A DNA stretch of 64,000 bases. It comes from Candidatus Latescibacterota bacterium (lineage in GTDB: Bacteria; Latescibacterota; UBA2968). The position numbers and the translations under genes were made by a program. The notes beneath the pieces were generated by a model. It was not told the DNA's origin. It saw nothing but the letters and a program-made list of their open reading frames with translations, and made no database searches. The stretch lies in assembly GCA_965198115.1 (NCBI GenBank), contig OZ240241.1:7776001-7840000 (forward strand), written 5' to 3'. Below, one piece after another: positions 1-10,907 of this stretch (positions are counted from its first letter, which is position 1; each line of letters starts with the position of its first letter).

Positions 1-267
1 GGGGGTCGCTGCGACGGTGAGTGCCCTCCCGTCCACCTGATCAATCAAACAACGTGTCAGTTCTTCAACCTCCTGGTCAGATAGGTGGTCGAACTGGCTG
101 TCGCCGTAGGTGAGCAAGCTGACTTCACTGCCGCCGGTGATTCCCACCTCGATGATGTTCCGAACGCCTTCCCAGTCGATTTCACGGTCAACCAGGAATG
201 TCGTGGGAATCGAGTTGACGGGGCCGTCGAGACGGTCCTTGATTGTTTCGGGTCTGATCTGCGCCAT
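1..267 (-). CDS. Dihydrodipicolinate synthase (DapA/NAL) family protein, N-terminal part, runs off the window edge
   Basis: Own translation from ATG 267: MAQIRPETIKDRLDGPVNSIPTTFLVDREIDWEGVRNIIEVGITGGSEVSLLTYGDSQFDHLSDQEVEELTRCLIDQVDGRALTVAA, a typical DHDPS-family N-terminus. Confidence 0.7.
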   Translation of the reverse strand, partial: MAQIRPETIKDRLDGPVNSIPTTFLVDREIDWEGVRNIIEVGITGGSEVSLLTYGDSQFDHLSDQEVEELTRCLIDQVDGRALTVAATP

Positions 268-1101
268 CCGCTTTCGCTTCCTCTCGATCGGTGGCCAATA
301 TGCTCCAGAATGATCGCAAGTTCCACACCTCATTCTCGGGGAAGGGAGTCTCCCCGCCAGGTGGATCTTGACCCGCCGTGCCGTCCTGATCGGCCTGGCG
401 CTTTCGGCGCTCATCAGCGTCTGGCCCGCCTATTCGAGTATGATCGTTCGGTCATCTCGGGCCGACTACGCCCACCTCTCGGTCGCCTTTCTTGTCCCGT
501 TCGTCATCCTGCTGCTGCTGGACCTCGTCGCCAAGCGACGGGGTTCGGGGCTCTCCTCATCCGAACTGCTGACGATCTGCTGTATTGGAACCGTCGCTGC
601 CACCACACAGGGCGAGTGGCTCTCAGGTTATTGGCTCGGGACGATTGCGTCTCCGACCTATTTCGCGACTTTTGAGAACCGCTGGGAAGAACTGCTCCTG
701 GCTTATCTCCCTCAGTGGGCGATCGTAAGTGATCTGGAGGCGACGACAGGTTTCTATGAAGGGTTGCCGGATGGACGCAGCATCCCCTGGTCGGCGTAGA
801 CGACGGCCTTGCTGTGGTGGGGAGGTTTCTTAGCGGCTTTGCTGATCGCCAATGTCTGCGTGATGGTGATCCTGCGGAAGCAGTGGATGGAGAACGAGCG
901 CCTTGCCTTCCCGATCGCAACGGCACTCCTGCAGATGACGGGAGATCGTCGCACAACTTCCACCTTCCGCTCCCTCGTGGGGTCGCGGCTTTTCCAGGTC
1001 GGGTTCTTCACGGTGCTGGGAATCTTTACGTGGAACACGGTTACCTGGTTCGTGACTTCCATCCCCCCTCTGCCGGTGATGACACGACACGCACTTTTTA
1101 T

Positions 1102-2521
1102 GGCTATATCCGGATCTCTCAACGAGATGAAGTGGGTGAAGGTGCCGTGGTTCCTGGCATGGGGGCGCGGTTAGAGTGTGCGGAACCTCTTCGGAATCTG
1201 CTCAGGGATGTTTATGTCTCCGACGGTAAGGAAGATCATATCGTTGAATGCGTCGAGTGTGCGGAATCCGCTGGCTCGGTTCTTGACGATTTGGACGATT
1301 CGGTTGAGGCCTTCGGCGATGGCGTTGGTAAGACGCGTGTTCACGAATGCGAGGACGCCGAAGAAGTGCTGTCGCAGGGTCCTGACGAACTTTCGCAGGG
1401 GTTCACGTCGACTTCTGAGTGCGGACGTCGTCCAGCATTTCAGGAAGCGTTCGGCAGCCCAGGGCGCTTTGTATTCCCAGAACTGCTCGAACTCGTCCTT
1501 GAGTCTCCAGGCTCTATAGATTCGGTAGTTCGCCTTCTCCAGTGCTTTGAGTGTCCGAGTATCCCCTCTGGAGCGTGTCGCTGAGTGCCGGTAGAGGAGC
1601 CATCGGAGGCCCTTCATGGCTTTGCGCTCATCCGGGGCAGCTTTACGCCACTGGTCCTTACGGACCTCGTCAACGGCGGCATTGAGAGCCTTGACGATGT
1701 GAAAGCGATCGAGGACCAGCTTGGCATTCGGACAGTGTTCCTGGATGGCTCCGATGTAAGCTTCGCTCATGTCGCAGCAGGCCCACTCGATCTTGGATCT
1801 CTGGTAGGGACTGAGAGCCTCTGTGAAGAACCGATCGATCGTTTTACGCGCCCTGCCGCGGCCAACCCACACCACGCAGGAGCGGTCCAGATCGTAAACG
1901 AGCGTGGCGTACCTGTGACGCTTGGCGTAGGAGATCTCGTCGATCCCGATGGTTTTGAGCCCTCGGATACGATGACCTTCACGAAGCCGCGTGATGGATC
2001 GGTGAAGGAGATCCGACAGCGTCGAGGCAGAGATGCGCAGCAACTCGGACGCCGCCTTCTGCGTCATGGTCTGGCAGTAGCGCAGCATGGCATACTCGAA
2101 GCGATACGTCACCCGAGAGAACCGCTCCGCCCACGGAATCTCCTCGACCACACGACCGTGGGTAGGACACCGAATCTCCCGAGGATGGTAGAGAAGCCAG
2201 ACCCTCCACCCGCACACCGGAATGTCACGCCACCGACGCGGATGGGGCATTGTGCGGACGATTTTACCTCGACGGCCGCACTCCGGACAACAACAACCAT
2301 TCTTATGTGGCTTTACGGCGATGACGAAACAGCTTCTCCCCTCAAACCACCAGCTGACAACACGGAACCCCTTGAATCTCAGCAGTTTCGATAGTAATCT
2401 GCTCCCGGTCATAGGTCGCACCCCCTTCGCTTTGATTGTCCTACACACACAACCAAGCGTAGGGAACGATCTATGACCTTGTCATTCTATAGTTTCACCG
2501 TTGAGAAACCCGGATAGAGCC
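1102..2521 (-). mobile_element. ISL3-family IS, copy 1
   Basis: Imperfect IRs GGCTCTATCCGGGTTTCTCAACG / GGCTATATCCGGATCTCTCAACG; 8-bp TSD CTTTTTAT at 1094-1101 and 2522-2529. Confidence 0.95.
1171..2448 (-). CDS. ISL3 family transposase
   Basis: Zinc finger CPECG...CPTHG, IGIDE, CCDMS, LDRFHIVK and TNAIAEGLN motifs. Confidence 0.95.
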   Translation of the reverse strand: MCRTIKAKGVRPMTGSRLLSKLLRFKGFRVVSWWFEGRSCFVIAVKPHKNGCCCPECGRRGKIVRTMPHPRRWRDIPVCGWRVWLLYHPREIRCPTHGRVVEEIPWAERFSRVTYRFEYAMLRYCQTMTQKAASELLRISASTLSDLLHRSITRLREGHRIRGLKTIGIDEISYAKRHRYATLVYDLDRSCVVWVGRGRARKTIDRFFTEALSPYQRSKIEWACCDMSEAYIGAIQEHCPNAKLVLDRFHIVKALNAAVDEVRKDQWRKAAPDERKAMKGLRWLLYRHSATRSRGDTRTLKALEKANYRIYRAWRLKDEFEQFWEYKAPWAAERFLKCWTTSALRSRREPLRKFVRTLRQHFFGVLAFVNTRLTNAIAEGLNRIVQIVKNRASGFRTLDAFNDMIFLTVGDINIPEQIPKRFRTL

Positions 2522-2784
2522 CTTTTTATCACGCGTGGTTTCCCGACCGCCCTGGTCGTGATCCATTCGATGACGATGGCGTTTGCCTATTTCACGAAGT
2601 CGGATGTGCTCCTCAGTCTCTGGGTATTCCAGATCTTTTCCTTCGTCGTCCAGGCAGGCATCTTCAACCGCATAGGATTCAGCATCGGGGGATCCGATCC
2701 GTGGGGTTCCTTCGATGCGTCCACGGGGTGGCAAAGCTTCGGCGGAATGATTGTCTTTGTGGGCTGGGGACTTTGGATCGGCCG

Positions 2785-3668
2785 CGCCCGCGGCGTCGGT
2801 GTGGATCACCAGGATCTCGGCCTCCCTGAATCCGAACTCCTTGGTCTTCCACAGGTATTCACCGATGGCGTCGGCGTAGACGTTCTTCTCGGCCATGATG
2901 AAGAGCACCGGCCGGGTATCGAGCTGCTTGTAGACCTTGTGGTGTTCCTTCCAGCGCTACACCGCCGCCCGCAGCCAGTAGCCGTACTTCTCGCCGATGT
3001 TGTTCGCGGTCACGCCGTCGGGGTCGTCCTGCGGCTGCTTGGGGTCGTCTTCCTTCGTCACAATGAGCGGCGCCTTGACGATCCGGTCCTCTACCGCTTG
3101 GGCGAGCGGGTAGTCGCCGACCGTCCACGGAAAGTACATGCTGTTCTGGTCCTTGGGCGTGGCCGAGAAATCGAGCCAGAGCGCGAGGCCCTGTGGCAGC
3201 GCGCGATGGACGGCGAGCAGCGACTGGCTCCAGGCCAGGTCCTCGTCGTGGACGTGATGGGCCTCATCGTTCAGCACGATCAGGTCCTTGAGCAACTTCA
3301 CCCGCTCCAGCATCGAGCGCTGCCCGGAGGCGGCGAGGTCCTTCGCGGGCTTCTTGCCGAGCAGCGACTCGATAGCGTTCTGCGGCGTCCACCGCTCATC
3401 GCGCGACTCGTAAAGCTGGTGAATGTTGGTGAGGAAGAGGTTGTCGGACGGGTCGGGCTCGGCAGCCTCGCCGCGGAGAATCACTTTCTGCGAGAACGCG
3501 CCGCGCCACTCCGGCGGGATGAGCGGCAACTCGTAGAAGATCCGGTTGGCGGCAAAGTCGCGCTCCAACCGTTGGTACACGATCACGTTCGGCGCGACGA
3601 TCAGGAAGTTGGTGGACAGCCCCGAGCCCGGCACCCGCTGCTTGTGGAACCTGGCCCAGATGATGGCC
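2785..3668 (-). pseudogene. Type III restriction enzyme Res subunit (DEAH helicase), internal fragment
   Basis: FLIVAPNVIVYQRL, LFLTNIHQL, VLNDEAHHVHD, LDFSATPKD and DYPLAQAVEDRIVK motifs; internal TAG at 2957-2959; both ends missing. Confidence 0.8.
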
Positions 3669-3694
3669 ACCCTTCGAGCGATCGCGCGCGAACT

Positions 3695-4794
3695 GGTGGA
3701 GACTCTCAAGGCCGGGTCGCGTTGCTGGATTTACCGTTACCGGGTTTCCGGCCTCGGTCAACTTTCCTCAGTGAACGCGTAACACATCTTGTCTTGGGGG
3801 GGGTTATTGACCACACTCCCATTGCCGTTACCAGTCGTCCTATTTATTCGTAACTAATTGTCGTGCAGTGAATTATGCGATTCATTCAGTTGGCGTCAGG
3901 ACTGGATAAGCAAGGTGGAGAAGATGGCAAAGTTATTTTGTCTCCTGCTGATTGAGAGGATAGCTGCTTTGACTTGTCTTGGGGGGTTATTGACCACACT
4001 CCCATTGCCGTTACCAGTCGTCCTATTTATTCGTAACTAATTGTCGTGCAGTAAATTATGCGATTCATGCAGTTGGCATCAGGACTGGATAAGCAAGGTG
4101 GAGAAGATGGCAAAGTTATTTTGTCTCCTGCTGAGGGAAGAACTCGTGAGAGGATAGCTGAGATCGGAATATCAGTATTTATGTGAAGGGCCGACAATAC
4201 AAGGACGCCGACTAGAGACGGCGCCGTAGCAAAGGGGCTCCCCGAATTCAGAGTGCTCCGGAGGACGGTGCAGTAAGATCTGCGAGTAGTAAGGCAGAAC
4301 GGCAAGCCTCGCACAGCAGATCATTCGGACGACACTGTGAGAGTCAGCGAACATCAAGATCATTCGGCTCTGAGGAGTCGATCGACATGTCTGTGATTTA
4401 GGGTAACGAGGATCGGTTTATCCCGCGCCCGGCAATCTTCGAAACTTCAGAGCCCAAGGAGAGACCGTGGGGAAAGAAGAGCTGATATTCCGATCACCTC
4501 AAAGCAGCTATCCTCTCACGAGTTCTTCCCCTCAGCAAGGAGACAAAATAACTTTGCCATCTTCTCCACCTTGCTTATCCAGTCCTGATGCCAACTGCAT
4601 GAATAGCATAATTTACTGCACGACAATTAGTTACGAATAAATAGGACGACTGGTAACGGCAATGGGAGTGTGGTCAATAACCAATAACCCCCCAAGACAA
4701 GATGTGTTACGCGTTCACTGAGGAAAGTTGGCCGAGGCCGGAAACCCGGTAACGGTAAATCCAGCAACGCGACCCGGCCTTGAGAGTCTCCACC
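3695..4794. repeat. Repeat 'Y': three copies of a ~200-310 bp non-coding sequence (3695-3972 +, 3973-4175 +, 4482-4794 inverted)
   Basis: The block CTTGTCTTGGGGGGTTATTGACCACACTCCC...GAGAGGATAGCTG is directly repeated and then present as a reverse complement. Confidence 0.9.
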
Positions 4795-5165
4795 GATGCG
4801 ATAACCGTCCGTGCCCACCTTGCGAATGAAGAACCCGGATGTCTCTAGGGCCGCCGCCGCGTTGTCGATGGTGGTCGTATCGACGGCGTCCGGCGGCTCA
4901 CCAAGCGCGAAGCGCAGTTCGGGCAGATGAGCCACCTTGTCCAACTGTCCTCCGGAGGACTCGAACAGGATGGTTGTGCCCACCCGGCGATGGATATCGC
5001 GCAAAGCCCCCTTGGCGTCCACATCCAGGGCCTTCGCATGCGCCATCGGCCCGGCCAGATCGGCCTCGATGGCTACATCGAGCCGAGCCTCACCCAACTG
5101 GCCCAGCACCACGGCACGGAACTCGGGCACGTCCAGCGGCGCCGATCCAAAGACGATCGTGTGGT
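4795..5165 (-). pseudogene. DUF499-type AAA+ ATPase, internal fragment
   Basis: FGSAPLDVPEFRAVVLGQLGE...HRRVGTTILFESSGGQ...ELRFALGEP resembles DUF499 ATPases of restriction-like operons; no start or stop of its own. Confidence 0.6.
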
Positions 5166-5208
5166 CCTCTCTTGTCACAGCTCGGTGTCATTAGCTTGTC
5201 ACAGCTAC

Positions 5209-5457
5209 TCATCCGGGTCCACCCAGCACATAGCGCTTGGTCGGGTCCGTCGGACCCGTTGCTTTTTCGAGCACAATCCCTTTCTGGATCATAGCTTTCA
5301 GGTCGCGCTGCAGAGATCGGCGGTTGGTGGCAGGACACAGGTGCTCGAAATCTTGGATGGTTAGGCTCCCGTTCTCTAGAATATGACCGATGGCGTGGGC
5401 TTGACGATCCGAAAGCCCATGCTTCTTGACGAGCAGGTCCCGGCGGATCGCCTGCTC
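5209..5457 (-). pseudogene. Fic family protein, C-terminal HTH fragment
   Basis: Own translation: [60 protein letters not shown]...PTKRYVL. Confidence 0.55.
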
Positions 5458-6219
5458 CCAGACTCGATGGACTCCGTGTTCCCGAGGGATCGTCGTACGG
5501 CGTCGAGAGCCGGGACGAACTCGGAGAACTCGACGTCCTTGCTTCGGTCACCGAAGGGCTGAAGCGTCAAAGTTATCCGGTTTCGTGGCATTCCTCGTCT
5601 ACCCCTATGTCCCAAATGCCTGTGCGAACACTAAAAAATCCTCAAACCCGACGAAGTCGTCACCCGTCAGGTCGAAGCGCGGGTTCGTCGTACCGAACGC
5701 CCCGACGAACATCAGAAGATCCGCAAAGTTCACAGCCCCGTCACCATTAAAGTCGGCGGGGCTACCTCCCCTCATATCTTCACGCAGCTTCGCCGCCACG
5801 CTGACGGAAACCGTCTTGGAAGTTCCGTCGGCGTAGTTGAAACCGAACTTCGTGACGACGATTTCGGCGGAGTCAGCAAACGTGTCCTGGACGCGGAAGG
5901 AGAGCTGCCCCAGGAAGCCGTCGCCGCTCCCGCGCATGCCGGTGAACGAGGCCACGCCGACTTGTTGTCCTTTGGATATGGCCTGTGCGTCAGAGATGAA
6001 GTTGCCGACTTCGAAGCTGCTTGTCCTGCGAATGCCATAAGAGTCTTCGAAAGTGAAACCGTATCCCGTCACTTCGGGAAACGACTCGGCGAAGAGCTGG
6101 AGCGTCACTGTGTCGTCGAAGCCCACGTCTTTCGTTTCCAAGTCTTGATTCCCGGAGGCGGGGTTGAGGTCTAGTTTTAGGGAGGACGTGCCGGGATTTA
6201 TGGTTACAGGAGCAGTCGC

Positions 6220-7608
6220 GGTGTTGTGCCTATCGTAGTTGAAACTTAGAGGGCTCCAAACTTACGTTGGGTAGACGTGTAGGAGCGTATACCCGTAAGA
6301 AAGGAGCCCAGATGGAGAAGCTATTTGTAGGCGATGGTGAAGTCAAGGTTGAGGGCGATGTCATCGATTTGGAGACGCGTTTGTCGGTGATCCAGGCGTT
6401 GATCCCGTTGGGTCTGGAGGCAGTGGCAGACCTCCTCCAGCAGGAGGTCGAGCAGCTCGCAGGCGTTCGGTATGCGCGCAAAGGTTCGGAGCAGGCGCAT
6501 CGTCGGTGGGGAAGCCAGAAGGGATCCGTGTATCTGATGGACCAGAAGCTCCCGTTAGACGTTCCCCGGGTGCGCGACGTCGAGGCCGACGCAGAGGTTT
6601 CCCTGGCTGCATACCGGGCTCTACAGACGCCCAAGAAGACGGACGAGGGGCTGTTGCTTCGTGTTCTCAAGGGGATCTCGTGCCGCAACTACAAGGCCTG
6701 TGCCGAATCGGTTCCAGAAGCGTTTGGTATCTCAGCGTCCTCCGTCTCGCGGCGGTTCATCAAAGCCACCGCGAAGAAGCGGAAGCAGTTCCAGGAGCGT
6801 CCCCTCGACGACTACGAACTTCGTGACCCTGTTCATTGACGGAAAGAGCTTTGCCGACGAAGAGATCGTGATCGCTCCGGGGGTCACGATGGACGGCCAG
6901 AAGATCCCCCTGGGCTTCGTCGAATCGGCGACGGAGAACGAACGGATCTGCCGCCAGCTGATCCAGGACCTCATCCGGAGAGGCCTGTGCTACGACCAGG
7001 GCCTTCTCGTTGTGCTTGACGGCTCAAAGGGACTCCGCAGTGCTGTCACCAAAGCCCTCAAAGGGTATGTGCGCGTGCATCGCTGTCAGTGGCACAAGCG
7101 CGAGAATGTCGTCAGCTATCTCCCGGAGAGGGAACGTCCAAGAGTTCGACGGAAGCTCCAGAAAGCCTATGACTGCGACACCTACGAGGAGGCAAAGGCC
7201 GCACTCGAATCACTTAAACCCGAACTGAAGCTGATGAATCAGTCTGCCGTAACGAGCCTCGAGGAAGGCCTGGAGGAAACCCTGACCCTCCACCGGCTGG
7301 GTATGCTCCCATTCCTGAAACGAAGCTTCCGAACCACCAACTGCATCGAAGCCCTCAACAGCAGGACCGGCGAGCTCACTCGGAAGGTCAGACGCTGGAA
7401 CAACTCTCCCCAGAGACACAGATGGGTGGCTGCCGCACTCCTCGACATCGAACCTCGCCTGCGACGCGTGAGCGGATACAAACATCTTCCCCTACTCAGG
7501 CAAGCACTGAACAAAGATCTGAATCTCGACAACGAACAGAATGCTCAAAAGAGAGCCTGACCAAACTACGGGGCCCGATGAGTTTTCAACTGACTATGGG
7601 ACTTGACC
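6220..7608 (+). mobile_element. IS256-family IS (type A), frameshifted transposase 6267-7560
   Basis: IRs GGTGTTGTGCCTATCGTAGTTGAAA / GGTCAAGTCCCATAGTCAGTTGAAA; TSD GCAGTCGC; +1 frameshift near 6817 relative to the intact copy at 30245-31537. Confidence 0.93.
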
Positions 7609-7946
7609 GCAGTCGCGAAGAGAGTGTCAGATGCCCATACATTATGTTGATAATTTTCCTCGTCTCCGCTGACGTAAGAATGGAGAATCAAGCTGTCTAC
7701 GACGATAGAATTTGTTGTAGACTTACCTCGGAATTTCGCAGTGACGAAATAGCCATCTTCATTCAATAAGATCCCTGTCGGAGGCATGGGTGGTGGCAGC
7801 CCTGGGTGAGACAGATAATTGGGCATTAGTATTACTTTTCTATCATCGACTATGAGTTCACCGTCAGGACCTATAATAGCAAGCACAGGAAGTAAGCCGT
7901 CTACTGGATTTGCGGTCCACCGATTGAAACCAGGACCAAAAAAAAA

Positions 7947-9366
7947 GGCTCTATCCGGGTTTCTCAACGGTGAAACTATAGAATGACAAGGTCATAGATC
8001 GTTCCCTACGCTTGGTTGTGTGTGTAGGACAATCAAAGCGAAGGGGGTGCGACCTATGACCGGGAGCAGATTACTATCGAAACTGCTGAGATTCAAGGGG
8101 TTCCGTGTTGTCAGCTGGTGGTTTGAGGGGAGAAGCTGTTTCGTCATCGCCGTAAAGCCACATAAGAATGGTTGTTGTTGTCCGGAGTGCGGCCGTCGAG
8201 GTAAAATCGTCCGCACAATGCCCCATCCGCGTCGGTGGCGTGACATTCCGGTGTGCGGGTGGAGGGTCTGGCTTCTCTACCATCCTCGGGAGATTCGGTG
8301 TCCTACCCACGGTCGTGTGGTCGAGGAGATTCCGTGGGCGGAGCGGTTCTCTCGGGTGACGTATCGCTTCGAGTATGCCATGCTGCGCTACTGCCAGACC
8401 ATGACGCAGAAGGCGGCGTCCGAGTTACTGCGCATCTCTGCCTCGACGCTGTCGGATCTCCGTCACCGATCCATCACGCGGCTTCGTGAAGGTCATCGTA
8501 TCCGAGGGCTCAAAACCATCGGGATCGACGAGATCTCCTACGCCAAGCGTCACAGGTACGCCACGCTCGTTTACGATCTGGACCGCTCCTGCGTGGTGTG
8601 GGTTGGCCGCGGCAGGGCGCGTAAAACGATCGATCGGTTCTTCACAGAGGCTCTCAGTCCCTACCGGAGATCCAAGATCGAGTGGGCCTGCTGCGACATG
8701 AGCGAAGCTTACATCGGAGCCATCCAGGAACACTGTCCGAATGCCAAGCTGGTCCTCGATCGCTTTCACATCGTCAAGGCTCTCAATGCCGCCGTTGACG
8801 AGGTCCGTAAGGACCAGTGGCGTAAAGCTGCCCCGGATGAGCGCAAAGCCATGAAGGGCCTCCGATGGCTCCTCTACCGGCACTCAGCGACACGCTCCAG
8901 AGGGGATACTCGGACACTCAAAGCACTGGAGAAGGCGAACTACCGAATCTATAGAGCCTGGAGACTCAAGGACGAGTTCGAGCAGTTCTGGGAATACAAA
9001 GCGCCCTGGGCTGCCGAACGCTTCCTGAAATGCTGGACGACGTCCGCACTCAGAAGTCGACTTGAACCCCTGCGAAAGTTCGTCAGGACCCTGCGACAGC
9101 ACTTCTTCGGCGTCCTCGCATTCGTGAACACGCGTCTTACCAACGCCATCGCCGAAGGCCTCAACCGAATCGTCCAAATCGTCAAGAACCGAGCCAGCGG
9201 ATTCCGCACACTCGACGCATTCAACGATATGATCTTCCTTACCGTCGGAGACATAAACATCCCTGAGCAGATTCCGAAGAGGTTCCGCACACTCTAACCG
9301 CGCCCCCATGCCAGGAACCACGGCACCTTCACCCACTTCATCTCGTTGAGAGATCCGGATATAGCC
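7947..9366 (+). mobile_element. ISL3-family IS, copy 2 (flanks do not form a TSD)
   Basis: Same IRs as copy 1; left flank is an A-run, right flank is ATAAAAAT. Confidence 0.95.
8020..9297 (+). CDS. ISL3 family transposase
   Basis: Near-identical to 1171-2448. Confidence 0.95.
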   Translation: MCRTIKAKGVRPMTGSRLLSKLLRFKGFRVVSWWFEGRSCFVIAVKPHKNGCCCPECGRRGKIVRTMPHPRRWRDIPVCGWRVWLLYHPREIRCPTHGRVVEEIPWAERFSRVTYRFEYAMLRYCQTMTQKAASELLRISASTLSDLRHRSITRLREGHRIRGLKTIGIDEISYAKRHRYATLVYDLDRSCVVWVGRGRARKTIDRFFTEALSPYRRSKIEWACCDMSEAYIGAIQEHCPNAKLVLDRFHIVKALNAAVDEVRKDQWRKAAPDERKAMKGLRWLLYRHSATRSRGDTRTLKALEKANYRIYRAWRLKDEFEQFWEYKAPWAAERFLKCWTTSALRSRLEPLRKFVRTLRQHFFGVLAFVNTRLTNAIAEGLNRIVQIVKNRASGFRTLDAFNDMIFLTVGDINIPEQIPKRFRTL

Positions 9367-9663
9367 ATAAAAATTGTGCCACCCCCCGTAGCGCTTGTGA
9401 GTGGATGAATGAAGATTTCTACACCGAGTCCTCTTTGAGTATTCATCAGCGGTGTGATTGATGACTGATGATCGTTTTGTTGATTCCCTACGTTCCCGTC
9501 GAGATAGACCTTAGCTCCCGCATTCGGACCCGCGAAGGGTGAAGTGGACATGCTCAGAAGCAGGTACAGAGCGTACCGTGTCAAAAGTGCTCATTCCGCG
9601 TGGGAGTTTGTTTCGGTTTCTTCAATATTGGCACAAGGAAATTCCACTATTCCGATTCAAGAT

Positions 9664-10215
9664 TCAAGATTCAAGGATCAGAGTTCCCGAAATCGTCATG
9701 TCCCCACAAGAGGCTGTGGTGAGAGTTTCTAACACCTGCATGGTATTCTCTGAAAAGGTCAAGGTCGCACTTGTCGTTGTAGCGGGAGGGCAGCTGAGAA
9801 ATCCGCGCAGATGGATTCCTTCCCATGCGTTCCAAAGACCCATCGCGGCGGTAAAGATGCCCCCACTTGTCTTCATGACAGAACCATCGGCATTGATAGT
9901 GCGTATGATGGCGGGCACTTGTTCGGCTTCGTTCGGGTTCCAATCGGCCGGCGGAGTAATAAATCCGGTGATTGTCAGTTGCGCCCCGGACTGTGCAACA
10001 GTCAGGCGCAACGAATATGTCACGATCACGGACACGCCTTTTCCACTACTTGTCATCGCCATTGCGGAGACCTCCAACGGGCCGGCATAGGTTCCGGCGA
10101 CAGACATAGTTGGAGATAACGACCCACCACCACCACAAGCGGCCAGCGCGAGCACCAGGTGGAAGATCAATATGCGCGTGACGAGTGTCTCGTATACCTC
10201 CGTGAAAAGATGCAT
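9664..10215 (-). CDS. Hypothetical lipoprotein
   Basis: Hydrophobic stretch followed by lipobox LAAC-GGGG; AGGAGG RBS upstream of ATG 10215. Confidence 0.6.
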   Translation of the reverse strand: MHLFTEVYETLVTRILIFHLVLALAACGGGGSLSPTMSVAGTYAGPLEVSAMAMTSSGKGVSVIVTYSLRLTVAQSGAQLTITGFITPPADWNPNEAEQVPAIIRTINADGSVMKTSGGIFTAAMGLWNAWEGIHLRGFLSCPPATTTSATLTFSENTMQVLETLTTASCGDMTISGTLILES

Positions 10216-10234
10216 GTCAGTACCTCCTGCTTTT

Positions 10235-10551
10235 AGGGGGCGCGGTTAGAGTGTGCGGAACCTCTTCGGAATCTGCTCAGGGATGTTTAGGTCTCCGACG
10301 GTAAGGAAGATCATATCGTTGAATGCGTCGAGTGTGCGGAATCCGGTGGCTCGGTTCTTGACGATTTGGACGTCGCGGCCGCACTCCTCGACATCGAACC
10401 ACGCCTGCGACGCGTGAGCGGATACAAACACCTCCCGCTGCTCAGGCAAGCACTGAAAAACAACCTGAATCTCGGCGACAATCAAGATGCTCGGCAGAGA
10501 GCATGAATACCACGGAGCCCGATGAGTTTCAACTGACTATGGGACTTAACC
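10235..10551. mobile_element. Fused remnants: ISL3 3' end (-) joined to the 3' end and right IR of an IS256-A variant (+)
   Basis: QIVKNRATGFRTLDAF...RFRTL on the minus strand; VAAALLDIEPRLRRVSGYKHLP then TTTCAACTGACTATGGGACTTAACC on the plus strand. Confidence 0.8.
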
Positions 10552-10907
10552 TAAACCAGTAGCAGCCTGAAGGCTCGGAGCATAACAACGGCTGCCCCCG
10601 CCGCGGCTATCATTGGGACCGGTCTATTCGCGTGGGTGCTTCACATCATCGGCGAAACGCGTCCCAAGTCAGCAGCGCTTCGTGCTGAGGTCATCGAACG
10701 ATATGGCGGAGATGAAGTCGAAGCCCTGTCTCGGTTCGTAGAGGATGATTTTCGATCTCTCAGACGCAGGAACCCCAGTGACTTTCATTGACCCCGATGC
10801 GATGAATATTGGAAACAATGTGCAGCAAAGACCTTGCATTCCGATAAAGCTCTCGTCAGCAGCAATGGAACTCGTGCGATTGTACGATCAACTCGAGGCA
10901 TTTAAAG

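Larger units (their letters stand above)
368..2785 (+). pseudogene. DUF6785-like polytopic membrane protein (putative transporter), disrupted
   Basis: Hydrophobic ORF with the motif LRKQWMENERLAFPIA. In-frame TAG at 797-799. ISL3 inserted at 1102-2521; the frame resumes after the TSD (HALF|ITRGFPT...). Truncated at ~2785 by a restriction-gene fragment. Confidence 0.7.
5605..9584 (-). pseudogene. Secreted protein with cohesin-like region and C-terminal dockerin/EF-hand-like repeats, split by IS256 and ISL3
   Basis: C-terminal ADFNGDGAVNFADLLMFVGAFG..FDLTGDDFVGFEDF. The frame is continuous across the IS256 TSD (DTLFAT|APVTINPG). A signal-peptide-like N-terminus at 9584 is probably part of the same gene. 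Confidence 0.6.

Noticed and set aside
1585-2394. Repeated 269-, 113-, 84-, 78-, 71- and 63-aa ORFs within the ISL3 copies, and similar ORFs in IS256 and the helicase
   Set aside because: These are antisense or alternative-frame shadows of GC-rich coding sequence, repeated only because the IS is repeated.
2501-3853. 450-aa plus-strand ORF
   Set aside because: It is a chimera: IS end, then the membrane-protein remnant, then the antisense shadow of the Res fragment.
3695-4794. CRISPR array
   Set aside because: The repeats are 200-300 bp, partly inverted, lack regular unique spacers, and no cas genes are present.
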